Below, piece after piece: positions 1 to 8,948 of a stretch of DNA of 64,000 bases. The position numbers and the translations under genes are program-made. How positions within the stretch are numbered: the stretch's first letter is position 1; every line of letters begins with the position of its first letter. The stretch is from Candidatus Micrarchaeota archaeon (lineage in GTDB: Archaea > Micrarchaeota > Micrarchaeia > Anstonellales > Bilamarchaeaceae). The notes beneath the pieces were generated by a model. The model did no database searches and was not told the DNA's origin. It saw only the letters and a program-made list of their open reading frames with translations. The DNA is taken from the NCBI GenBank assembly GCA_014727975.1, contig WJMK01000014.1:2558-66557 (forward strand). The letters run 5' to 3'.

Positions 1-408
1 CTATTTCCACAACTCTGACACTTTCCCCTCAACCATCCTCTCTATCCCAAACTCTATCCCTCTTTTATCTGTAGATATTATTAATGCCTTCCAGCCCTTC
101 TTTTTCATCCAGGCAACCCTGAGCCTCCTGTGCCCATCAAGCAGGAACATCCTGTTTCCTGCTTGCAGCAATATGATGGGGGTATCATAGCCTAAAGAAG
201 TCGCCTTGGAAATCTCCTCGGCCTTTTCGGTGAAGGTTGCCTGGGCTTCTTCACCTGGGTACGTATAATATATCTCACCTACCTGCCTAGGCGTGAGCTT
301 GCGCTCCACGCGCTTGAACTTTGCTTTTGGGTAAAGCTTCTTATAATACTCGAATAATTTCCTGAATAAATGCTCTTCCTCATGGGGGGATATAAGTCCT
401 GCATGCAT
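1..408 (-). CDS. ParB-like nuclease domain protein, C-terminus cut by window edge
   Basis: ORF 1..726 on minus; the plausible start is the internal ATG at 406-408, preceded by an AGGTGA-like SD. Sequence YDTPIILLQAGNRMFLLDGHRRLRVAWMKKKG resembles a ParB/Srx-like domain (DGHRR). The upstream extension overlaps structured intergenic DNA and looks non-coding. Confidence 0.6.
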   Translation of the reverse strand: MHAGLISPHEEEHLFRKLFEYYKKLYPKAKFKRVERKLTPRQVGEIYYTYPGEEAQATFTEKAEEISKATSLGYDTPIILLQAGNRMFLLDGHRRLRVAWMKKKGWKALIISTDKRGIEFGIERMVEGKVSELWK

Positions 409-481
409 AAGCTCACCTGGTAAGAGAATAGATGCAAAATATATAAGGGTTTTGGGTTGCGGAAACAAACAAAACCCAAAT

Positions 482-560
482 GTTGAGCTCTGCTCAAGAG
501 TCACAGTATGAAGCAAGTGCTGTGCCGGGCTTCGCCCGCTTTGCTTCACACTGTGAGAAG
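482..560 (-). repeat. Intergenic hairpin element, copy C (near-perfect 16-bp stem plus adjacent TTGAGC/GCTCAA hairpin)
   Basis: Minus-strand read: cttcTCACAGTGTGAAGCAAagcgggcgaagcccggcacagcacTTGCTTCATACTGTGActcTTGAGCagaGCTCAAca. Closely matches 42150-42240 on the plus strand. Confidence 0.75.
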
Positions 561-646
561 AAACCGGACCCTGAACTCTGTTCACGGGAAGAAAGCGGAG
601 CTTTCTCAGAACAGGAAACACTGTGCACACCGCCTGGAAACCAAGG

Positions 647-1990
647 TCAGCTTCCCAGCAGCCATTTCCAGGCTGGCACAACCCTGACCTTTTTTCCCCC
701 GACCTCAAACTGCTCTTCCTGGTCACGGGTGATTATGAGCCCCTCTTCAAGGCTAAAGAATTCCATGGCGGATAGCAGCCCGCCAATTTCCCTTTTGCGG
801 TTTTTTTCTTCCAGCAGATAAGTAACCTGGATGGCAGAAACTGCGTTTCCCTTTTTCGAGATTATGAAATCGCATTCTTCGCCTTTTTTGGATTTATAGT
901 AGAAAATTCCCTTGTTTTCAACTTCTCCCTCCCTCCTGAAAAGCTCAATAAAAACAAGGTTTTCCAGAATCCTGCCATAATCTTCGGCTTCCCTGGCAAG
1001 GAAATGGATGTACCCTGTATCGAATAAATATACCTTTGACCTGGAAAATTCGCTCTTCTTGAAAGATTTGGAAAACTCGCGCACATAGCATGCCATGAAT
1101 ACGTCCTCTATGGACTTAATTATGCGATAGAGGTCCTCCAAACTATAGGGGATTTTGTTTGTTTTTAGGTATCTCTCAAACGCTGTAACTGAGAAGGTGT
1201 TTCCAAAAAGATTGAGCATGTACTTCATGGTGATTTCAACAAGCTTGATGTTCTTTATGCCAAGGCGCTCAACCAGGTCTTTGTACAGAATTGAATCAAA
1301 ATAATTGTTTACCAGCTTGTTCTTCAGGGGCGCTGAATTGCTAAGCACCACTTCAGGGAACCCTCCATAAAGCAGGTACTCATCAAAAAGCCTTTTTACT
1401 TCAAAAACCTGGTCAGAATGTTCAAACCCTTTCTTCAGGGCAATGCTTTTTGCGCGCAGGACTTCTGAAAATGAAAACGGCAGCAACAAGTACGAAAGGG
1501 ATTTCCCCCTCAGGGAGGTTGCAATCTCCTTGCTCAGGAGCTTGGAGTTGGAGCCGGTAATATTCACGTTATAGCCCTCATTCAGGAGGGAAACCACAAA
1601 CCTTTCCCAGCCTTCTACAATCTGGAGCTCATCAAAAAAGAAAACCAGTTTGTCTTTGGAAAAAAGCTCTTTGGAATACTCAGGTATCCTATTTAGGTCA
1701 CTGGAATGCAGTTCTCCCAGCAGGTTGTCTTCAAAATTCACCAGCACCCAATCCTTTCCGTGTGCCTGGTTTATCATGCGGTATAATTGGTATGTCTTGC
1801 CTGCCCTTCTGGGCCCCACTATTATCGTTGCCTTGCTCAGTCCGGATTCAGGTATTTCCAGGTCCCTCTTCAAGATACTCTTTGGGACAAGTTCGCGGTA
1901 TTTCATAATTGTTTTCTTTATGTTTTCTTCCATATAGGCATATCCCGGGATACATTTTATAAACTTACGTTTTTCCGTAAGGATTTGCAT
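647..1990 (-). CDS. AAA ATPase, archaeal DUF4143/AAA_14-type
   Basis: Walker A IIVGPRRAGKTYQLYR, Walker B KLVFFFDELQIVEGWE, C-terminal nuclease-like region YYKSKKGEECDFIISKKG. The true start may be the internal MEENIKK. Confidence 0.85.
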   Translation of the reverse strand: MQILTEKRKFIKCIPGYAYMEENIKKTIMKYRELVPKSILKRDLEIPESGLSKATIIVGPRRAGKTYQLYRMINQAHGKDWVLVNFEDNLLGELHSSDLNRIPEYSKELFSKDKLVFFFDELQIVEGWERFVVSLLNEGYNVNITGSNSKLLSKEIATSLRGKSLSYLLLPFSFSEVLRAKSIALKKGFEHSDQVFEVKRLFDEYLLYGGFPEVVLSNSAPLKNKLVNNYFDSILYKDLVERLGIKNIKLVEITMKYMLNLFGNTFSVTAFERYLKTNKIPYSLEDLYRIIKSIEDVFMACYVREFSKSFKKSEFSRSKVYLFDTGYIHFLAREAEDYGRILENLVFIELFRREGEVENKGIFYYKSKKGEECDFIISKKGNAVSAIQVTYLLEEKNRKREIGGLLSAMEFFSLEEGLIITRDQEEQFEVGGKKVRVVPAWKWLLGS

Positions 1991-2151
1991 AAAAAGCTTA
2001 CGCTTTTCCGTAAGAACTTATTTATAAAGGTATCCAAATGGACTTGGATACCTATGGGTTGCGGGTTTTGGGTTTTGGGTTGTGCGGTTCGGGGTTTGGA
2101 TTTACGGTTTTTCGTAAGAAATAGTGGGAAAAGCTTACGCTTTTCCGTAGG
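1964..2151. repeat. Four CTTACG-N6-CGTAAG hairpins in two 33-bp spaced pairs
   Basis: Copies at 1964-1981, 1997-2014, 2101-2118 (TTTACG start) and 2134-2151 (CGTAGG end). Confidence 0.85.
2029..2052. repeat. Perfect 9-bp inverted repeat GGTATCCAA-N6-TTGGATACC
   Basis: Read directly: ggtatccaaatggacttggatacc. Confidence 0.9.
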
Positions 2152-2328
2152 ACTTTGGGTTTGGATTAACTTAACTTATATTTTTTTGTAAGTTTGGTTG
2201 ATTCAGCGGGATTTGGCAAAAAAACGCTCGGGATGGGTTCAGTATTTCAGGACTCATGGCAAAACCCAAAACAGGAAACACTAAACATTAAAGTGCAATA
2301 TAAAACCTTTTCTGCGGAATCTGGGTTC

Positions 2329-3015
2329 ATGGGAGGAGAAATCAAATCCATATACCGGCTGCTGCTGAAAGAATACGGGGAGCAGGGCTGGTGGCCCATA
2401 AACCGGGTATACTCCCCCTCATTCAAGAAAAGGAAGCGCACCCCAGAAGAAAGGCTTGAGATTGCGGTGGGCGCAATCCTCACCCAGAACACCTCCTGGG
2501 AAAACGTGGAGAAGGCGCTGAAGAACCTGCGGGGGGCGGAGGCGCTCAGCAGGGAGGGGCTCGGGAAGCTTACTGAAAAGGAGCTTGCAACCCTTGTCCG
2601 CCCTGCGGGCTACTACAACATGAAGGCAAAGAAGATTAGGGAATACTTAAGCTATTCCGGGGGGATTACGCGGGAGGGGCTGCTGGGGGTTTGGGGGCTC
2701 GGGCCGGAAACCGTGGACTCCATCCTGCTTTATGCGTACGGGCAGCCCATGTTTGTAGTGGATGCGTATACAAAAAGAATCCTGCGCAGGATGGGGCTCT
2801 GCGGGGAGAAGGCAGCCTATTCGGAAATCCAGGAGCTTTTCCAAAAAGAGCTGAAGGAGGATGCGGCATTGTTCAATGAATACCATGCGCTCCTTGTAAG
2901 GCATGCAAAGGAGCACTGCAGGGTGAAGCCCGTGTGCGAAGGCTGCCCTCTCTGGGGAATTTGCAGGAGGGGAAAGGGGGAAAAAGATAAAAGGGAGAAA
3001 AGAGGAATAATGTAG
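2329..3015 (+). CDS. HhH-GPD DNA glycosylase, endonuclease III-related/MagIII-like, with Fe-S motif
   Basis: HhH motif GVWGLGPETVDSILLYAYG, then VVDAYTKRIL; C-terminal Cys cluster CRVKPVCEGCPLWGIC. Start chosen at the internal ATG 2329 of ORF 2194..3015. Confidence 0.85.
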   Translation: MGGEIKSIYRLLLKEYGEQGWWPINRVYSPSFKKRKRTPEERLEIAVGAILTQNTSWENVEKALKNLRGAEALSREGLGKLTEKELATLVRPAGYYNMKAKKIREYLSYSGGITREGLLGVWGLGPETVDSILLYAYGQPMFVVDAYTKRILRRMGLCGEKAAYSEIQELFQKELKEDAALFNEYHALLVRHAKEHCRVKPVCEGCPLWGICRRGKGEKDKREKRGIM

Positions 3016-3023
3016 GTATTTGC

Positions 3024-4061
3024 ATGGGTGAAGGAGAAGTTGCAGAAAGATGGGCATACGGAGGGGACTCAATGGCAGCCAGGGGGTACGTCAGGAAGGG
3101 GAGCAGGAGAAACACTGACATAGGCACAAAAGTAAGCGAGTTCACAGGGGGAAAAATAAAGTTTGACAATTACGGGAAGTCAGGGGACACTACAGGGGGG
3201 ATGCTCGGCAGGTACAGGACCGGCCCCAACAAAAAGAGGGAAGACAGGGTGGGGCAGATGCTGGAAGGGGATTATGACGGCATAATTATTGAAGTTGGAG
3301 TAAACGACATATCTGCAAGGGGAGGGGGGAGCAGGAAGCACTGGAAAAAGGTGCTGGGCAGGATGAGGGGAAATATTGTGGAAATGTATGTGCGCGCATT
3401 CATCAAGGGTGCAGGAACCGGGAACAGGGCAGAGGTCCTGGGAAAGATTGACAGTGCAATACGGGAGCTGGAAAAAAAGCAGGGGGACATTGGTGATGCA
3501 CTGGGCAGCGGAAGGGCAAAAAGGAGGGGGGAGGCATATACCTCACGGCTTGAGATGACGAGGGAAGACATTAAGGAGAAAATATCAATCCTGGAGGACG
3601 CAAGGGAAGCATACCTGAAGCATGCAAGGGATGGAAAGCCCCCTGGCAAAAAAGTTGGCAGGATTGTTTTTGTTGAGGGGGCGCCCTGGAAAGGCCACCC
3701 CGGGTGGGAGAGAAAAGAGGGGCTGCGCACACTGGAATACAACCGCATGCTGAAAGTGATGGGCTTTGAGCTGAACAAGGTTTTTGGGGAACTGGAGGGC
3801 CCGACATTCGAAGTTGCGGAGATCTATGACGCACTTGTGTCCAAGGACGGGATGCAGATGCAGGAAAAGTATGCAGGACAAAAGAGGGGGGGAAAGGACT
3901 ACCTGCACTTCGGGGAAGAGGGAAGGGAGGTTGCTGCAGCGGTAATAGCTTCAGGCCATTTCCCGAACCATGTGGAAGACAGAGTAAAAGTAGGGGCACT
4001 TGCAAAGGGGGAAACGCACGGGCAGAAGCAAAAAAGCCAGAGGATGCTTGCAGTTAGGTAG
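3024..4061 (+). CDS. SGNH/GDSL-hydrolase-like protein with long inserted charged helical region
   Basis: Block I-like GGDSMAARGY, block III-like IIEVGVNDIS, block V-like DYLHFGEEGREVAAAVI. Confidence 0.65.
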   Translation: MGEGEVAERWAYGGDSMAARGYVRKGSRRNTDIGTKVSEFTGGKIKFDNYGKSGDTTGGMLGRYRTGPNKKREDRVGQMLEGDYDGIIIEVGVNDISARGGGSRKHWKKVLGRMRGNIVEMYVRAFIKGAGTGNRAEVLGKIDSAIRELEKKQGDIGDALGSGRAKRRGEAYTSRLEMTREDIKEKISILEDAREAYLKHARDGKPPGKKVGRIVFVEGAPWKGHPGWERKEGLRTLEYNRMLKVMGFELNKVFGELEGPTFEVAEIYDALVSKDGMQMQEKYAGQKRGGKDYLHFGEEGREVAAAVIASGHFPNHVEDRVKVGALAKGETHGQKQKSQRMLAVR

Positions 4062-4063
4062 GC

Positions 4064-4615
4064 TTATTCTTCTTTTTGCGGCTTTCCTGTCCTCCTCTCC
4101 AGGTAATCTTCCCAGTTTACGGAATCCAGTGCATCGCGGTCCCCGGTTATGTACGAGTAGACCAGCTTTGCAGATTCCTCAGGAGTCCTTTCTGAAGTAT
4201 CAAGCTCTGCAACTGTGCACGCATAATGCTTGTCTGAAAGCTGGTAGCAGTAGTCCAAAAGCTCAGCCATCATGTTTTCATCTATTTTTTCACGAAAATA
4301 GCCGCGCTCCTCCATCCTCTTCTCAAGCTTTCTTGGGTTTGTGCGGAGCACCACCACAATCTCTGCGGGGCAGGGCATCTCGCACCCAAGATGCCCCTCA
4401 AAAATAACATCTGCCTTCTCGTTCAGGATTGGGGTAATGTAAGCAGAAAGCTTTGGGATATCCACTTCTTTTTCCCCGTTGGGCGCAAGGCGGACCGATT
4501 CTGCCTCCTCTGCAATCTCAGAGATGTGGAGGACTTCCCATCCTGTAATCCTGCCCAGCTCATTCGCAACTTCTGTCTTCCCTGTGCCAGGGGTCCCTGT
4601 TATCAGTATCCTCAT
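4064..4615 (-). CDS. Adenylate kinase family protein, AK6/Fap7-type
   Basis: MRILITGTPGTGKTEVANELG P-loop and the EGHLGCEMPCP segment typical of AK6/Fap7. Confidence 0.85.
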   Translation of the reverse strand: MRILITGTPGTGKTEVANELGRITGWEVLHISEIAEEAESVRLAPNGEKEVDIPKLSAYITPILNEKADVIFEGHLGCEMPCPAEIVVVLRTNPRKLEKRMEERGYFREKIDENMMAELLDYCYQLSDKHYACTVAELDTSERTPEESAKLVYSYITGDRDALDSVNWEDYLERRTGKPQKEE

Positions 4616-4624
4616 AATATCCCT

Positions 4625-6064
4625 TCAGTACTGCCTTGCTGCATACTGGTAGGTAGATGCCTCCTTCCCGCACACGATGCACTTTTTCCCGGAGGGCTTT
4701 TCATTTGCATCATGCCTTGAGCCGCGCACGTTTGCAGAGCATTCTTCCTTTAGCTTTTCTGCGCACCCCTCGCCTTCCAGGGAATCCGTGCAAAACGGGA
4801 TTCTCACAAACCCCTCTCCATTTTCAAGTGCGGATTTCAGCTCCTCCATTGTATCTGCTTCCTTGAGCATTGTTGCAAACCATTCATCTGCTTTTTCCCT
4901 GAGGGAAGCATTCATCTCCTTGCCTATTTCACCAATCTTTTTTGGAAGCTCCTCAAAGGGAACGGATTCCTTTTCCCCAGTATCCCTGCGCACAACAACT
5001 GCTTTTCCTGATTCTATGTCGCGCGCGCCGATCTCCACGCGCACTGCGGCCCCGTTGAGCTCCCAGTGGTTGTATTTGAACCCAGGGGTGTTCTCGCTGA
5101 AATCTGCAACAACCCGGTAATTCTTTGCGAGCTTTTCAGTAACCTCCTGCACAAACCTGATTACGGTTTCAGAGCCCTCCTTCCTGAGTATGGGGATCAC
5201 CACTGCCTGCACGTTTGCAAGGTGGAACGGGAGCACCATCCCCCTGCTGTCTCCGTGGATGGAAACAATTGCTGCAAATATGCGGGAGATGCAGGGCCCG
5301 TAGCAGGTCTGCCAGCAGGGCTTCTCCTCCCCGTCATCATCCATGTATTTTACGTTGAATACCTTTGCGAAATTGGTCCCAAGGTTGTGGGTGGAGGGGA
5401 GCTGGAGGGTTTTCCCGTCCGGCATCATTGTATCAGCTGCATAGGTGTCAACCGCGCCCGCGAACTTGTCCCACTGGGGCCTCCTGAAAAAGAGAAACGG
5501 GACACCGAAGGACTGGTGTATCATTTCTTCTGTGGTTTCCATGTCCTCCTGGACCTGGGAAAGAACGCCTTCCTCAGAATCAAATACATTGTGCGCCTCA
5601 ATCCAATAGAATTCCCTGCCGCGGATAAGGGGCCTGGTGGCCTTGGTTTCGTACCTCCAGACCTGGCAGGACTGGTAGACCTTTAGCGGGAGGTCGCACT
5701 TCCCGTTTATCCAAAGTGAATACATGGGGTACATCGCGGTTTCGGAAGTGGGGCGCAGGATCATTTTTTCCTCAAGCTCGTTTTTGCCTGCGCGCGTAAC
5801 CCAGAAGACTTCGGGGGCAAAGCCCTCCACATGGTCTTTCTCCGCTTCCAGGTTCTTTTCTGAAATAAGGGCAGGGAAATAGGATTTGCGGTGGCCGCGG
5901 GCCTCAAGCGCATCCTCATAGAGGCGGTACATGCGGCTGATTACGTCCGCTGCGTTGGGCATTATTACTACGAAGCCCTTGAGGTTGTAGCGGAGGTCGC
6001 AGAGCTCTGCCTCCTTTATGAGCGTATTGTACCATTCTGAGAAATTTTCCTTTGGAATGTCCAT
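4625..6064 (-). CDS. proS: Proline--tRNA ligase (archaeal/eukaryotic-type)
   Basis: Class II aaRS motifs RPTSETAMYPMYSLWI, YRYETKATRPLIRGREFYWIEAH; C-terminal zinc-like CIVCGKEASTYQYAARQY. Confidence 0.95.
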   Translation of the reverse strand: MDIPKENFSEWYNTLIKEAELCDLRYNLKGFVVIMPNAADVISRMYRLYEDALEARGHRKSYFPALISEKNLEAEKDHVEGFAPEVFWVTRAGKNELEEKMILRPTSETAMYPMYSLWINGKCDLPLKVYQSCQVWRYETKATRPLIRGREFYWIEAHNVFDSEEGVLSQVQEDMETTEEMIHQSFGVPFLFFRRPQWDKFAGAVDTYAADTMMPDGKTLQLPSTHNLGTNFAKVFNVKYMDDDGEEKPCWQTCYGPCISRIFAAIVSIHGDSRGMVLPFHLANVQAVVIPILRKEGSETVIRFVQEVTEKLAKNYRVVADFSENTPGFKYNHWELNGAAVRVEIGARDIESGKAVVVRRDTGEKESVPFEELPKKIGEIGKEMNASLREKADEWFATMLKEADTMEELKSALENGEGFVRIPFCTDSLEGEGCAEKLKEECSANVRGSRHDANEKPSGKKCIVCGKEASTYQYAARQY

Positions 6065-6128
6065 GATTGCACCTTATGGGGAATTGATGGGGCGAGATAT
6101 TTAAAATAGATTCTGCGTTAATGGAAGC

Positions 6129-7073
6129 GTGATACTGGAGATAGCCTTGCTGCTTGCAGGGATTGTGCTGCTTGCGTTTTCAAGCGACCGGAGTGTTGAT
6201 GTTGCGGCAAGGCTTGCAGCAACTGCAAGAATACCTTCCCTGCTTATCGGGATTGTTGTGCTTTCCATGGGGACCTCACTCCCGGAGATAAGCAGCTCGG
6301 TTGTTTCAACCCTGGAGGGGCACCCGGAAATAAACGTTGGAGACATATTCGGCTCTGCGCTTTCCCAGATTACGCTGATATTGGGGCTTGCGGTTCTGCT
6401 CGGTGGCCCGATAAAAGAGGGGAGGCGCGATGTGCTTCTGCTGGGCGGGTGCGCGATAATGGGGACGATGCTTGCGCTCTTTGTAGTGGAAAGCGGAGAC
6501 ATTACGGTTACCAATGCTCTTTTCCTCATCGTGAGCTACTTCATATTGATTTTTATTTCAAATAAATACACTGTAAAGGACTATGCTGCCCCTGAGGGAG
6601 TGAAGGCAAAAAAGTACTGGCCCTGGAGAGACAGGCTGCTTGGCTTTGGGAAACTGCTTTTTTTCATGGTGGGAGTTATTGCAAGTGCGGTGCTGGTGGT
6701 TGACTCAACAATTTCACTATCTGAAGAGTTGGGCGTCCCTTCCTACCTGGTAAGCTTCTTTGGAATCGGGATTGGGACTTCGCTTCCGGAATTGTTTGTT
6801 GCAGTTGCTGCAATAAGGAGGGGCCAGGATGAGCTTGCGATGGGAAACATACTGGGGAGCAACATCACGGACACTACGCTTGCGCTTGCTGCGGGGCCGC
6901 TCCTTGCGCCCAGCGTGCTTCCCTATTCCGGGCTTGTGGTCGCAACAGGCACATACCTGGTCCTTGCCTCCATGATTGCAGTAATGCTCTTTGCATGGAG
7001 AAAGAAAGTGGACAGGCTTGCGGCATTTGTGCTTATCGGAATCTATCTTGCATCCTACCTCCTGTTCTTATAA
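6129..7073 (+). CDS. Calcium/sodium antiporter, CaCA (YrbG-like) family
   Basis: Two internal alpha repeats with GTSLPE: MGTSLPEISSSVVST and GIGTSLPELFVAVAA; polytopic. Confidence 0.9.
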   Translation: MILEIALLLAGIVLLAFSSDRSVDVAARLAATARIPSLLIGIVVLSMGTSLPEISSSVVSTLEGHPEINVGDIFGSALSQITLILGLAVLLGGPIKEGRRDVLLLGGCAIMGTMLALFVVESGDITVTNALFLIVSYFILIFISNKYTVKDYAAPEGVKAKKYWPWRDRLLGFGKLLFFMVGVIASAVLVVDSTISLSEELGVPSYLVSFFGIGIGTSLPELFVAVAAIRRGQDELAMGNILGSNITDTTLALAAGPLLAPSVLPYSGLVVATGTYLVLASMIAVMLFAWRKKVDRLAAFVLIGIYLASYLLFL

Positions 7074-7136
7074 GGCGCGCATGTTGCACAACCGCGTTTT
7101 TAAGCATTACCAAACAATAGTTCTACCTGATTATGG

Positions 7137-7889
7137 GTGGAGAGTATGGCTAGAAAAACTGCTATTGTAAAAGGTTCAGAAAGAAAATCAATTGTGCCTG
7201 CCCCAAAAGGGGAACTTTCGGTGCACAGGAATCCCGTTGCAGCTGCCGCAGAAACTTTTGCGCTGAGAAGAAGAATCCGGGGGAGAAAGGAAAAAGAAAC
7301 AAGGGAAATGTTCTCTGCTGCAAAGAAAAAGAAATGGGGCACAGTTCTCAGCAGGGCAAACAGGGACAACATAAATGAGCGGGGGCCCCATGGTATGACC
7401 CTGCTTATGGAGGCTGCCTCGCAGGGTGAATATGTTGTGGTCCAGAGGCTTGTGCAGAGCGGGGCGTACAAAAGGTCGGAGGATGACCTGGGAAGGACGG
7501 CGATTGCCCATGCCCTGCTTAATTCGCACAATGATGTTGCCAAGCTCATCAATTCACTGGGAGCATCCTGGGAGCGGGACCTCCTTCTTGCGGTAAGGGA
7601 CCGCAGGGTAATGCTGGTAAAATCAATGCAGGAAGCCCTTGGGGTAACCCAGGAAGACATTGATAATGCTGAAGCGCAGTGCGACCCTGGGCGGGGCCCG
7701 GCACTTGGAAGCGCAGTGAGGAAGGTAAGTGGTGAAGCGCTTGCGCAGCATGAGCTTACAGTGATGTTCCAGCCTAAGGGAGGTGCGGGAGCAGAAAGCA
7801 AAGGTTCAGGTCCCAGCCCAGGGGAGAATAAAGGAAAAAAGAAGCCCAGGGACACTGTTAACTACTCTCCTGGGCACCATGGGTGCTGA
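7137..7889 (+). CDS. Uncharacterised protein with ankyrin-like repeats
   Basis: HGMTLLMEAASQGEYVVVQRLVQSGAY..DDLGRTAIAHALLNSHNDVAKLINSLGA. Confidence 0.65.
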   Translation: MESMARKTAIVKGSERKSIVPAPKGELSVHRNPVAAAAETFALRRRIRGRKEKETREMFSAAKKKKWGTVLSRANRDNINERGPHGMTLLMEAASQGEYVVVQRLVQSGAYKRSEDDLGRTAIAHALLNSHNDVAKLINSLGASWERDLLLAVRDRRVMLVKSMQEALGVTQEDIDNAEAQCDPGRGPALGSAVRKVSGEALAQHELTVMFQPKGGAGAESKGSGPSPGENKGKKKPRDTVNYSPGHHGC

Positions 7890-7926
7890 GTTTCTTTTAT
7901 AATTCTTTTCTTCTTTTAGTTCCAGC

Positions 7927-8892
7927 ATGGGAGAGAGATATTCTGTTGATGTAAAGAAGGTCAGGAAAATCCAGGAATCCATTAATTCCGCGATTTTTGC
8001 AGGGAACAAGAATGCGCTTGTCGGGCATTATGCAGGCACTATCCCCTTCAAGGGGGAAAAGCTTGCAATGCACACCGATGGTGTGGGGACCAAGGTGCTT
8101 GTTGCGGATGAGCTGGAAAAGTACGACACTGTAGGGATTGATGCAATAGCGATGAACGTGAATGACATCATCTGCATCGGGGCAAAGCCGCTTGCAGGGG
8201 TCGATTACCTTGCAGTTGCAAAAGAAGACGAGTACCTCATTGGGCAGGTTATGAAGGGATTGGTTAAGGGTGCAAAAGAATCAGATATTTCTATTGTTGG
8301 GGGGGAAACCGCAATCATGGGAAATGTAATCCACGGAAAGAAAAGGCCTTTTGATTTGGCTTTTACTGCTTTGGGCGTTGTGGAAAAATACATTACCGGC
8401 TCCGCGATACGGAACGGGGATGTGCTTGTTAGTTTGGGGAGTTCTGGCTTGCACTCAAACGGGTATACGCTTGCGCGCAAGGTGCTGCCCATGAAAAAAT
8501 GGGGGAAGAAGATGCTTGCACCCACAAAGATTTACGTGAAGCCGGTGCTGGAAATGATAAGGAAGTCCAAAGTGCACGGGCTCGCGCACATTACTGGTGG
8601 CGCGTTTTCCAAACTAACTAGGCTGAACAAGAAGCTCGGGTTCTTCATTGACAATCCTGTGAGGCCCGCGCCCATTTTCAATGCGCTCTGGGACCATGTG
8701 GAAGATGAAAAGCACATGTACCGGACCTTCAACATGGGCACCGGGATGGTTGTTGCTGTCCCTGCAAAAGAGGAAAGCAGCATACTGCGGATTGCGAAAA
8801 AGCACAAGGTAAAGGCGCAGGTTATCGGAAGCGTGATTAAGGAAAAGGGAGTTTACCTTGGGGACGGGACGCGGCTGGACTACCAGTTGTGA
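7927..8892 (+). CDS. purM: Phosphoribosylformylglycinamidine cyclo-ligase
   Basis: MHTDGVGTKVLVA, GIDAIAMNVNDIICIGAKPLAGVDYLA, HITGGAFSKLTRLN are typical PurM motifs. Confidence 0.95.
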   Translation: MGERYSVDVKKVRKIQESINSAIFAGNKNALVGHYAGTIPFKGEKLAMHTDGVGTKVLVADELEKYDTVGIDAIAMNVNDIICIGAKPLAGVDYLAVAKEDEYLIGQVMKGLVKGAKESDISIVGGETAIMGNVIHGKKRPFDLAFTALGVVEKYITGSAIRNGDVLVSLGSSGLHSNGYTLARKVLPMKKWGKKMLAPTKIYVKPVLEMIRKSKVHGLAHITGGAFSKLTRLNKKLGFFIDNPVRPAPIFNALWDHVEDEKHMYRTFNMGTGMVVAVPAKEESSILRIAKKHKVKAQVIGSVIKEKGVYLGDGTRLDYQL

Positions 8893-8948
8893 GGCAGTTA
8901 GTGTAAGAATAAGGGTTTTAAACCCCTTCAGGGAATAATATACAGCAT

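Noticed and set aside
590-705. SRP or RNase P RNA gene
   Set aside because: GGTCAG...GCAGCC superficially recalls the bacterial 4.5S core, but the conserved SRP loop nucleotides and RNase P conserved regions are not recognisable.
409-726. N-terminal extension of the 241-aa minus-strand ORF
   Set aside because: It overlaps the structured intergenic hairpins, has low-complexity unrelated composition, and the ATG at 408 has a good SD.
480-821. 113-aa plus-strand ORF over the intergenic hairpins
   Set aside because: Overlaps repeats and the ATPase 3' end; no protein-like features.
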